Shown piece after piece: positions 14,534 through 21,811 of a DNA stretch of 28,534 bases (the first letter of the stretch is position 1; each line of letters opens with the position of its first letter). This stretch comes from a virus. The stretch spans positions 1-28,534 of the IMG/VR virus record IMGVR_UViG_3300016484_000154. The stretch is one strand, 5' to 3'. Both the position numbers and the translations under genes were made by a program. The notes below the pieces were generated by a model that saw nothing but the letters and a program-made list of their open reading frames with translations, did not search any database and was not told the origin of the DNA.

Positions 14534-15205
14534 ATGAAAGTAAGATGCTCACAAATTGGTAAAATAATGGCAACCCCCCGTAAAGGGGGGGAGGTGCTAT
14601 CCGAAACGGCTAAAACCTACGTTCACGATTTGGTATTGGAAGAAAAATACGGAATCAAAAAGGAATTTAGTTCACGTTACACGGATAAAGGTAACGAGGT
14701 AGAAGAAATCGGAATAGCCTTAGTAAACGAGGTGTTAAACTATAAATTCATTTACAAGAATTACGAGTTTTTCGAAAACGATTGGGTTAAAGGAACGCCC
14801 GACGTAAACACGGACGAGGTGTTATTAGACGTTAAATGTTCTTGGGACGCTACTACGTTTCCGTTTTTCGATACGGAAGTGCCTAATAAGGATTACTATT
14901 ATCAGTTACAAGGGTATATGTGGCTAACGGGAAAACAAGAAAGCATTTTAGCTTATTGTTTAATCAATACCCCTTTTCAAATGGTAGAAGACGAAATAAG
15001 GCGGGCGCATTGGAAATTTAACCTAATCGAGGAAAACACGGAACTACGTAAAGAGGTAGAAAGTAAACACGTTTTCGACCACATCCCCGAACATAAAAGG
15101 GTAAAGTATTGGTTTATCCGAAGGGACGAAGCCGTAATTGAAAAAATAAAGGAGCGTGTAGAACTATGCCGCGAATACTATAATCTTTTAATGAAAACGA
15201 TATGA
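14534..15205 (+). CDS. YqaJ / lambda-exonuclease-like PD-(D/E)XK nuclease
   Basis: The N-terminal CSQIGKIM, GTPD, LLDVKC and YYYQLQGYMWLTG match the D...ExK...QxxxY layout of YqaJ-type exonucleases. Adjacent to the annealase. Confidence 0.65.
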   Translation: MKVRCSQIGKIMATPRKGGEVLSETAKTYVHDLVLEEKYGIKKEFSSRYTDKGNEVEEIGIALVNEVLNYKFIYKNYEFFENDWVKGTPDVNTDEVLLDVKCSWDATTFPFFDTEVPNKDYYYQLQGYMWLTGKQESILAYCLINTPFQMVEDEIRRAHWKFNLIEENTELRKEVESKHVFDHIPEHKRVKYWFIRRDEAVIEKIKERVELCREYYNLLMKTI

Positions 15206-15561
15206 GCCAAAAACGAAATATGCCTACTAAAAAAGCTATTTTTCAACATTGGGAAAATAAGTATGAAATGGAGTTATATGATAATGTTTGTTGGGGTTGC
15301 GCTTTTCCATCCGTTCTTTATAGATGCCATTTATTAGCTAAATGCGAAGGGGGAAAAGACGATTTAGATAACTTAGTTTTGCTTTGTTCTTTTTGTCATA
15401 ACATACAAGAAAATTATTTTAGCTATAATAATAAATTGTCTAATAAATTTAAGCAAAGAATTATTGATTACCCGCCTTTTTTAAATGTTAGATGGGATTA
15501 TTTTAATTCGTTAATAAAACACGGAATAGTTGATTTAAGTAAATATAAATTATCAATATGA
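15202..15561 (+). CDS. HNH endonuclease
   Basis: CWGC ... CHLLAKCEGGKDDLDNLVLLCSFCHN is a classical HNH/zinc-finger motif. Confidence 0.7.
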   Translation: MSQKRNMPTKKAIFQHWENKYEMELYDNVCWGCAFPSVLYRCHLLAKCEGGKDDLDNLVLLCSFCHNIQENYFSYNNKLSNKFKQRIIDYPPFLNVRWDYFNSLIKHGIVDLSKYKLSI

Positions 15562-15770
15562 ACATAACACACGAAAACACGATTAAACACGAAGACACGG
15601 TATTAATAGCAGTAATGACAAAGTACCACGAACGAAGCAAAAAAGGCTTACGGAAATACGGAACGAACTTAGATAGAACCGACGTTGATTTATTAGGGTG
15701 GTTAAACCATTTACAAGATGAACTTATGGACGCAACGTTGTACATTGAAAAACTAAAGAAGGAAATATGA
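15558..15770 (+). CDS. Hypothetical protein
   Basis: 70-aa ORF, ATGA-coupled at both ends. Only a weak helical signature (LQDELMDATLYIEKL). Confidence 0.5.
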   Translation: MNITHENTIKHEDTVLIAVMTKYHERSKKGLRKYGTNLDRTDVDLLGWLNHLQDELMDATLYIEKLKKEI

Positions 15771-15964
15771 AACAAACAGCAGTAGAGTGGTTGGAAAATG
15801 AATTTAAAGAAGCCCATAAAATGTTTGGGTGTATTGATACAAATTGGATTAAAAGATTTGAACAAGCAAAAGCAATGGAGAATGAGCAGATTGAAGATGC
15901 AAAAAATGAAGGCTATGGTCAAGGATGGGATGAAGGAGCAAATTATGTAGCAAAATGTATGTAA
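15767..15964 (+). CDS. Hypothetical protein in a CpG-free cassette
   Basis: 65-aa ORF. I find no CG dinucleotide anywhere in its 198 nt, against 13 in the preceding 209-nt gene. Confidence 0.5.
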   Translation: MKQTAVEWLENEFKEAHKMFGCIDTNWIKRFEQAKAMENEQIEDAKNEGYGQGWDEGANYVAKCM

Positions 15965-16036
15965 ACAAACCTTTAAATCATAACGGCAAACGGCTTGCCG
16001 TAGTACAAGGATTTAATAACAAAAAGTTGAATAGAT

Positions 16037-16267
16037 ATGAATACTATTGAAATAAAAACAGATTTAAGCGGAGAGGAATTACAGGTGTTGATATGGGAAT
16101 TAGAGGCTTTCTGCGAAGGGAAGCGTTTGCCTAAGCCTGTATTACGGCAAGCCGATGTTAGCGGTGAGTTAAATTGCGAACATGATTGGCTTGTTGATTA
16201 TTACGACCATTTTGGTTTCCCAGCAAGCAGGTTCTGTGATAAATGCAACACTCGTGAAGCAATTTAA
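16037..16267 (+). CDS. Hypothetical acidic Cys-containing protein
   Basis: 76-aa ORF with CEHDW and CDKC. Confidence 0.45.
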   Translation: MNTIEIKTDLSGEELQVLIWELEAFCEGKRLPKPVLRQADVSGELNCEHDWLVDYYDHFGFPASRFCDKCNTREAI

Positions 16268-16311
16268 TTACCGCTAACTAGATGCTAGAAGCTATAAAAT
16301 AGCGTATATAC

Positions 16312-16336
16312 AAATAATTTAAATCAGAATAAGATG
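16312..16336 (+). repeat. Gene-junction repeat, copy 1 (AAATAATTTAAATCAGAATAAGATG)
   Basis: Matches 16515-16538 at 24 positions with one extra T. It ends at the ATG of gene 16334. Confidence 0.8.
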
Positions 16337-16534
16337 GCTAAGATAAAGATAGAATGTGAAATTGAATTTAATGAAGACACTTGGTATAGTCACAATGATG
16401 AGGAAGAATTAGAATGGTTTACATCTTTCTTAAATGACAAAGAAAATATTATGGTAGTACTTCACTCAAATGATATTGGCGACACAATAGGTCAAACAAA
16501 TGATTTTAAATGGAAAATAATTAAATCAGAATAA
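16334..16534 (+). CDS. Hypothetical acidic protein in a CpG-poor cassette
   Basis: 66-aa ORF with a single CG in 201 nt. It is flanked exactly by the junction repeat. Confidence 0.5.
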   Translation: MAKIKIECEIEFNEDTWYSHNDEEELEWFTSFLNDKENIMVVLHSNDIGDTIGQTNDFKWKIIKSE

Positions 16535-16538
16535 GATG
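16515..16538 (+). repeat. Gene-junction repeat, copy 2 (AAATAATTAAATCAGAATAAGATG)
   Basis: Encodes the last residues and stop of gene 16334-16534 and ends at the ATG of gene 16536. Confidence 0.8.
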
Positions 16539-16757
16539 AAAGCAAAACTAACATTTGACCTACCCGAAGACGAACACGAATTTTACTGCGCAACTAAAGG
16601 TAAAGATATGTTTGTAGTTCTTTGGAATATTCAGCAGGAACTTCGAAAATTATACAAATACGAAGAATTAAACGAAGACGAATGGCAAATAGTCGAACGG
16701 CTACGGGACTTCTTAAACGATAGCCTAAACGAAAACGAAATAAACTTAAATAAATAA
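16536..16757 (+). CDS. Hypothetical protein
   Basis: 73-aa ORF. CpG-rich codon usage resumes exactly here. Confidence 0.5.
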   Translation: MKAKLTFDLPEDEHEFYCATKGKDMFVVLWNIQQELRKLYKYEELNEDEWQIVERLRDFLNDSLNENEINLNK

Positions 16758-16760
16758 AAA

Positions 16761-16997
16761 ATGGAAACAAAAGTAAACACGGGAGCAATTTTTAAAAATG
16801 ACAAAAAACAAGGTAATCAACCCGACTACCGAGGAAAAGTAAATGTAAACGGAAAAGAAATGGAAATAGCGTTATGGTTAAAGGAATCCAGTAAAGGCAC
16901 TAAGTATTTTTCGTGTTCATTTAGCGAACCACGAACCAACGAAGCGCCCAAACAAGTTCACACGCAAATAATTGAAAACGACGATTTACCCTTTTAG
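16761..16997 (+). CDS. Small DUF736-like protein ending in an SSB-type C-terminal tip (DDLPF)
   Basis: NDKKQGNQPDYRGKVNVNGKEMEIALWLKESSKGTKYFSCSFSEP resembles the DUF736 pattern. The last residues, ENDDLPF, mimic the conserved acidic tip of bacterial SSB (DDD[IL]PF). Confidence 0.5.
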   Translation: METKVNTGAIFKNDKKQGNQPDYRGKVNVNGKEMEIALWLKESSKGTKYFSCSFSEPRTNEAPKQVHTQIIENDDLPF

Positions 16998-16999
16998 TT

Positions 17000-17209
17000 A
17001 TGTTTATAGATGACAATTCATTACGTAAGGAGTTGAAAGCGATACTACTTACCAAAACACGAAACCAAGTTGTAAAGGAAATAAAATCCAAAGGGTTAAA
17101 AATGCACCAGTACACAATAGACCGATTTTTATCCGGAGCGCTGGTAAGCATTAAAACCCTTAGAACATTGGACGAATACGTTTACCGACAACAAAAAGGA
17201 TTCAAATAA
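17000..17209 (+). CDS. Small putative DNA-binding (HTH-like) protein
   Basis: 69 aa. The segment NQVVKEIKSKGLKMHQYTIDRFLSG is helix-turn-helix-like by eye. Weak call. Confidence 0.3.
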   Translation: MFIDDNSLRKELKAILLTKTRNQVVKEIKSKGLKMHQYTIDRFLSGALVSIKTLRTLDEYVYRQQKGFK

Positions 17210-17230
17210 GTTTAATTAAAATATAAACAT

Positions 17231-17238
17231 TATATTTG
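17231..17238 (+). promoter_or_regulatory. -7 box TATATTTG upstream of the sigma factor gene
   Basis: Exact TAnnTTTG in the 45-nt spacer before ATG 17255. The -33 element is poor. Confidence 0.4.
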
Positions 17239-17254
17239 ATGGCAATCTAAACAA

Positions 17255-17761
17255 ATGAATTGGATTACTCAAATCGCAAAAGAGCATAAAGAATGGGTTA
17301 GAATAACCAAAATGTTTGGTGGAAACTTATTTGCGGAGGACATAGTACAAGAGGTTTATATTAGGTTAATGAAATATTCCAGCGAAAATTTATGCATAAT
17401 TGACGGCAAAGTAAACAAGCCCTATATTTATTTTGTTTTGAGAAATACGTTTTTGTTGATGCAAAAAGGCAACCGCCCCGAATTTATTGATTTAACAAAT
17501 TTGCATAACATACGCGAAGACGAATCTAATTTAAATAATTACATTGAATTAGAAAACGCGATTGAAAAAGAGGTTTCGAACTGGCATTGGTATGACCAAA
17601 AATTATGGTCAATTTACCGAGACGAACAAATGTCAATTCGTAAGATAAGCGAGAAAACAAAAATTAGCTCTAAAAGTATTTTTACCTCTTTGAAAAGTTG
17701 CAAAACACGGATTAAAAAGGCAACATTAAACGAATGGAATAATTATAAAAACAATGAATAA
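17255..17761 (+). CDS. ECF-like sigma-70 family sigma factor
   Basis: Region 2-like FAEDIVQEVYIRLMKY ... YIYFVLRNTFLLMQKG and region 4-like MSIRKISEKTKISSKSIFTSLKSCKTRIKK. Confidence 0.55.
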   Translation: MNWITQIAKEHKEWVRITKMFGGNLFAEDIVQEVYIRLMKYSSENLCIIDGKVNKPYIYFVLRNTFLLMQKGNRPEFIDLTNLHNIREDESNLNNYIELENAIEKEVSNWHWYDQKLWSIYRDEQMSIRKISEKTKISSKSIFTSLKSCKTRIKKATLNEWNNYKNNE

Positions 17762-18173
17762 ACGAGTAAAGAAAAAAGAACCTATTCAATTAGGCGATGC
17801 CGTCGAAAAAGTAACGAAGGCAACCGGAATAAAAGCAATTGTTAAACATTTAGTCGGTGAGGATTGCGGCTGCGATGAACGTAAAGAGGCGTTAAACGAA
17901 TGGGGCGCAAAGATAACCAGCAAAATAAACAACCTATTCAAGCGAAACACGAACCCGTTAACGGAAGACGAATACGATTATTTACATAACTACTTTACCA
18001 GCGGTCAACGTATGGTAAGACCAAGCGAACAATTACGTTTACTGGAAATAAACAACCGTGTTTTTAATCAAAAACTGCAATATACAACGTGCGGTAGTTG
18101 CGTTATAGAAATGGTCAATCAATTAAAAATTGTATATAATGCCTATTCCACAACCAAACAAGACGGAGAATAA
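17754..18173 (+). CDS. Hypothetical Cys4 protein, translationally coupled to the sigma factor gene
   Basis: 139 aa, overlapping the sigma gene by 8 nt. Contains CGC...CGSC. The N-terminal GDAVEKVTKATGIKAIVKHLVGEDCGCDERKEALN resembles a motif I recall from other phage proteins of unknown function. Confidence 0.45.
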   Translation: MNKRVKKKEPIQLGDAVEKVTKATGIKAIVKHLVGEDCGCDERKEALNEWGAKITSKINNLFKRNTNPLTEDEYDYLHNYFTSGQRMVRPSEQLRLLEINNRVFNQKLQYTTCGSCVIEMVNQLKIVYNAYSTTKQDGE

Positions 18174-18321
18174 ACAAGAATTCGTAATTCGTTGTATGTC
18201 TAACGATACAATGATTAAAGAATTTTCAAAACAAGACCAACGTTTAGCGGTTTGTTCGTCTACTTACGAGGAATCTAAACTATCAAAACACGAAAACAAT
18301 GGGACACGGAAGACCAAATAA
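18139..18321 (+). CDS. Hypothetical small protein
   Basis: ATG at 18139 (the track start at 18130 is TTG). MPIPQPNKTENKQEFVIRCMSNDTMIKEFSKQDQRLAVC resembles a small protein seen near packaging genes in other phages, from memory. Confidence 0.45.
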   Translation: MPIPQPNKTENKQEFVIRCMSNDTMIKEFSKQDQRLAVCSSTYEESKLSKHENNGTRKTK

Positions 18322-18745
18322 AATACATTCACCAGAACACCTTTGGGAACTATTCACGGAGTATAAGAGACACGTAAAAAATAATCCTATTCTAAAACAT
18401 ACTTTTGTAGGTAAAGAAGGTAGGAGCGAATATAGCGAATTAGAGCGCCCGTTAACCATAGAAGGGTTCGAATGTTATTGCGCGGATTTGGGAATAATAG
18501 GCGATTTAAGCCATTATTTTGCGAATACGAACGGAAGGTATAAGCGTTTTTTAACTATCGTTACGCGTATACGTAGGGAAGTTCGAAATGACCAAATCGG
18601 AGGTGGTATGGCGGGAATATATAACCCAAGTATTACGGCACGATTAAACAACCTTGTGGAAAAGAAAGAAATTACAAATGTAGAACAACCATTATTCCCC
18701 GATGTTTCGGAAGACAACAGCGATTCGCAAGATACTGAATCTTAA
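18299..18745 (+). CDS. terS: Terminase small subunit (gp3-packaging-like)
   Basis: GRPNKIHSPEHLWELFTEYKRHV ... RPLTIEGFECYC ... IRREVRNDQIGGGMAGIYNPSITARLNNL fits the small-terminase pattern. Directly upstream of and overlapping terL. Confidence 0.65.
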   Translation: MGHGRPNKIHSPEHLWELFTEYKRHVKNNPILKHTFVGKEGRSEYSELERPLTIEGFECYCADLGIIGDLSHYFANTNGRYKRFLTIVTRIRREVRNDQIGGGMAGIYNPSITARLNNLVEKKEITNVEQPLFPDVSEDNSDSQDTES

Positions 18746-19862
18746 AAAACGGATTAAGATTATTCAAGGCGGTACGAGCGCGGGTAAGACGTTCGGAATA
18801 ATTCCCGTGTTAATCGACAAAGCCGCAAGGCACGAAGGTTTGGAAATATCAATTGTCGCGGAAACGATTCCCCATTTACGAAGGGGTGCGCTCAAAGATT
18901 TCCTAAAAATAATGAAATGGACGGGGCGATTCTTCGAAGATAGGTTTAACAAATCTTTACTGCGTTACGAGTTCGCCAATGGAAGCGTTATCGAATTCTT
19001 TTCCGCAGATGATTCGAGTAAACTACGGGGTGCAAGGCGCGACATTCTTTATATCAACGAATGCAATAATGTTACCTTTGATTCTTATAACGAACTTGCT
19101 ATTCGAACACGAAAGGAGGTTTATTTAGATTTTAACCCCGCTAATGAATTTTGGGTACACACCGAATTAAAGAACGAACCCGACTCCGATTTTCTTATTC
19201 TTACTTACAAAGACAACGAAGCGTTAGACCAATCAATTATCGAACAAATAGAAAAGAACAAAGAGAAAGCTAAAACGTCTACCTATTGGGCTAATTGGTG
19301 GAAGGTTTACGGCGAAGGGCAGTTAGGAATGTTAGAGGGGGTAGTGTTCTCAAATTGGAAACAAATAGACACGATACCCAAAGAAGCAAAGTTGTTAGGA
19401 ATAGGGTTGGACTTTGGTTACACAAATGACCCGACTGCGATTATAGAAATATACAATTACAACGGGCAAAGGATAGTTAACGAGTTAGCCTACCAAACAG
19501 GGTTACTAAATAGCGAAATAGCCAAGCTGCTACCAAAACACGTACCCGTTTACGCGGATAGTTCCGAACCCAAATCAATAGATGAGATTAAACGCTTTGG
19601 AATAACGATTAAAGGAGTAACCAAAGGCAAGGATTCGATTAACTACGGAATAGATGTTATCCAGCGTAACGAATACTTAGTAACTGCGAATAGTGGTAAT
19701 TTAATCAAAGAATTACGCTCGTATGTTTGGGATACCGACAAACAAGGGAAACGCTTAAACAAACCAATAGATTTTAATAATCACGCTATAGATGCATTCA
19801 GGTATCACGAAATGGAAACGTTAGGCATAGGAGCAAATTACGGAAGTTATGCAATCAGGTAA
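18702..19862 (+). CDS. terL: Terminase large subunit (PBSX / Terminase_3-like)
   Basis: Walker A GGTSAGKT, Walker B-like ILYINE, and a C-terminal nuclease-like part (GLDFGYTNDPTA ... YADSSEP ... HAIDAFRY). Confidence 0.85.
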   Translation: MFRKTTAIRKILNLKKRIKIIQGGTSAGKTFGIIPVLIDKAARHEGLEISIVAETIPHLRRGALKDFLKIMKWTGRFFEDRFNKSLLRYEFANGSVIEFFSADDSSKLRGARRDILYINECNNVTFDSYNELAIRTRKEVYLDFNPANEFWVHTELKNEPDSDFLILTYKDNEALDQSIIEQIEKNKEKAKTSTYWANWWKVYGEGQLGMLEGVVFSNWKQIDTIPKEAKLLGIGLDFGYTNDPTAIIEIYNYNGQRIVNELAYQTGLLNSEIAKLLPKHVPVYADSSEPKSIDEIKRFGITIKGVTKGKDSINYGIDVIQRNEYLVTANSGNLIKELRSYVWDTDKQGKRLNKPIDFNNHAIDAFRYHEMETLGIGANYGSYAIR

Positions 19863-20031
19863 AACCGACGATATGTTAGTAATGATTCGAGTAATCGAGG
19901 AATACATTTACGAACGTAAGGGGGTAAGGGTGCAAATAGTTTTTAACAACCTCGCAAGGTTTGCAGTTCATTTTGATATGCTTTTAAAGGCTTACCATTT
20001 TGTTTTGGAATACAAAAACACGAATAAATAG
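19849..20031 (+). CDS. Hypothetical protein
   Basis: 60-aa ORF overlapping the terL end by 14 nt. Confidence 0.35.
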   Translation: MQSGKTDDMLVMIRVIEEYIYERKGVRVQIVFNNLARFAVHFDMLLKAYHFVLEYKNTNK

Positions 20032-20041
20032 TTAAATAGAT

Positions 20042-20797
20042 ATGCAATTAGAATTAACATTACCAAGTTCAATTAGCGAAATACCCTTAGTGAACTACCA
20101 AAAATTCCTAAAGGTTCAAGAAAATTCCAATGACGAAGAATTTATAGTTCAAAAAATGATTGAAATATTTTGCGGAATCCAGTTAAAGGATGTCGTGAAA
20201 ATTAAGTACACGGAGTTACAAGGCTTGTTAGAACATTTCCAAAAGATATTTAGCGTAAAGCCAAATTTTTACCAAACGTGGAAATATAAGGATATGGAAT
20301 TTGGATTTATTCCTAACCTTGAAAATATAACGTGGGGCGAATATATCGATTTAGAACACCATTTAAACAATTGGGACGATTACCACAAAGCAATGGCGGT
20401 GATGTATAGACCAATTATTAAACGGGAAAAAGAACGTTACCAAATAGCGCCATATACGGCAAGCGAGGAATTTCACGAGTTTATGAAATTTATTCCAATG
20501 GAAATAGCGATTTCAGCGCGGGTTTTTTTTTACAATTTAGGAGCAGAATTGTTAAGGAGTACAAGCAATTATTTGGAGACGATGAAAACGATGAACCGGA
20601 AAGAGCGCCGAGTTTTAATGAAAGGGAGCAATTTAATAAGCAATGGGGGTGGTATTCAAGCATTTACGCAGTTGCTCACGGAGATGTCCGACGATTTGAT
20701 GAAATTACAAACTTACAATTACATCAATGCCTCACTTTCCTTACCTTCGAAAAGCAAAAAAACGAAATCGAAGAAATCGAATTTAAAAGAAATATGA
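20042..20797 (+). CDS. Tail-morphogenesis protein (chaperone candidate) with an alternative -1 frame C-terminus ending at 20805
   Basis: 251-aa frame-0 ORF with a T9 run at 20523-20531. The -1 frame is open from 20422 to the TGA at 20803-20805. See findings. Confidence 0.5.
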   Translation: MQLELTLPSSISEIPLVNYQKFLKVQENSNDEEFIVQKMIEIFCGIQLKDVVKIKYTELQGLLEHFQKIFSVKPNFYQTWKYKDMEFGFIPNLENITWGEYIDLEHHLNNWDDYHKAMAVMYRPIIKREKERYQIAPYTASEEFHEFMKFIPMEIAISARVFFYNLGAELLRSTSNYLETMKTMNRKERRVLMKGSNLISNGGGIQAFTQLLTEMSDDLMKLQTYNYINASLSLPSKSKKTKSKKSNLKEI

Positions 20798-20801
20798 AAA
20801 G

Positions 20802-21257
20802 ATGAAAGGATATTACGAATTAATCAAAGAATTAAAAAACCATTTTGACAATGACCCGTTGGTGAACACGGTAACGAACGGGGATATTTTCGATGTTGAT
20901 ATTTCCAAACAAACCATTTTCCCGCTGGTGCATACAATGGTAACGCAAGCGCAGTTCGAAAGCAACATCCAACGATTTACGTTAACTATTTTTGCGATGG
21001 ATATAACCGATAACGTAAAGGAGGAGGATAATACCAAATGGGAAACGAGAGACAATACTAACGATGCGTTAAATTCCACGTTGCAAATTTTGAACAGATG
21101 TTTTAAAATGCTAAAAAGCGGAAACCTTTACAACCTTAATTTTGTTGTTGAAGACGTACCAACGTGCGAACCATTTACCGAGCGATTCGAAAATAATTTA
21201 GTTGGTTGGGCGATGACATTAAACATAATTTGCCCCAATGAAATGACCATTTGTTAA
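20802..21257 (+). CDS. Hypothetical virion protein (possible neck or tail-completion protein)
   Basis: 151-aa ORF in the tail block. Assignment is by position only. Confidence 0.4.
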   Translation: MKGYYELIKELKNHFDNDPLVNTVTNGDIFDVDISKQTIFPLVHTMVTQAQFESNIQRFTLTIFAMDITDNVKEEDNTKWETRDNTNDALNSTLQILNRCFKMLKSGNLYNLNFVVEDVPTCEPFTERFENNLVGWAMTLNIICPNEMTIC

Positions 21258-21811
21258 TGAATGAACAAGAAACATATAAGCATTTACAAAAATTCCGCGA
21301 CAAAGTAATTAAGGAGGCGCGAAAAAACTTAGCGCAAAAAGGTAAAAACGCATCCGGAAAACTTTCCGATTCAATCGATATAGAAGTTAAAGCAATGCCC
21401 AATTCGATAGGCATTTACTTTGATATGGAAGAATATGGTATTTACCAAGATAAAGGAGTAAGTGGTGTAAAGCAAAAATACAACACCCCATTTAGCTATA
21501 AAACTAAAATGCCCCCCCCGAGTAAACTGGATAAATGGATAGTTAGAAGGGGAATAGCGCCACGAATCAAAGGTAAATTTACGGGACGTAGTATTAAATC
21601 GGTAGGGTTTGCGAAATCAATTCAATTCCTAATTGCTCGCAGTATTTATATTAAGGGTATTGAGCCGAGTTTGTTTTTTACGAAAGCGGTTGAGACGGCA
21701 TACAAAACGTTACCAGATGAGTTAATAGAAAAGTACGGATTAGATGCGGAAAAAATTACATTGGACGCATTGGATGAAATAATAAAAAAATATGGCAATA
21801 AACGCGCGTAG
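21251..21811 (+). CDS. Hypothetical virion protein (weak HK97 gp10-like resemblance)
   Basis: 186 aa. ASGKLSDSIDIEV ... YGIYQDKG is reminiscent of gp10-type head-tail joining proteins. Low certainty. Confidence 0.35.
   Translation: MLMNEQETYKHLQKFRDKVIKEARKNLAQKGKNASGKLSDSIDIEVKAMPNSIGIYFDMEEYGIYQDKGVSGVKQKYNTPFSYKTKMPPPSKLDKWIVRRGIAPRIKGKFTGRSIKSVGFAKSIQFLIARSIYIKGIEPSLFFTKAVETAYKTLPDELIEKYGLDAEKITLDALDEIIKKYGNKRA

Noticed and set aside
14574-14591. A C6-GTAAA-G7 hairpin about 40 nt into the exonuclease gene, built like the terminators but in reversed order.
   Set aside because: No T tract follows on either strand. It simply encodes TPRKGGE. It may slow translation, but there is no evidence for a discrete function.
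15984-16000. A CGGCAA-ACGGC-TTGCCG hairpin after gene 15767-15964 as a terminator.
   Set aside because: The stem is 6 bp with no following T tract, and it differs from the three G-run/C-run terminators. At most a weak pause or RNA-processing site.
16157-16278. A 9-bp inverted repeat, GTTAGCGGT / ACCGCTAAC, separated by about 104 nt.
   Set aside because: One arm is inside a coding region. A 9-mer inverted match within 150 nt is expected several times by chance in 28 kb.
18464-18473. GGGTTCGAAT, resembling a tRNA T-loop.
   Set aside because: It lies inside the terS coding frame (IEGFECY). Flanking bases do not form a T-stem, and no acceptor, D or anticodon arms can be drawn.
21512-21519. A C8 homopolymer (encoding MPPPS) as a possible slippage or phase-variation site.
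   Set aside because: Both alternative frames hit stop codons within a few codons (TAA at once in +1, TAG after 7 codons in -1). Unlike the T9 site, there is no alternative product.
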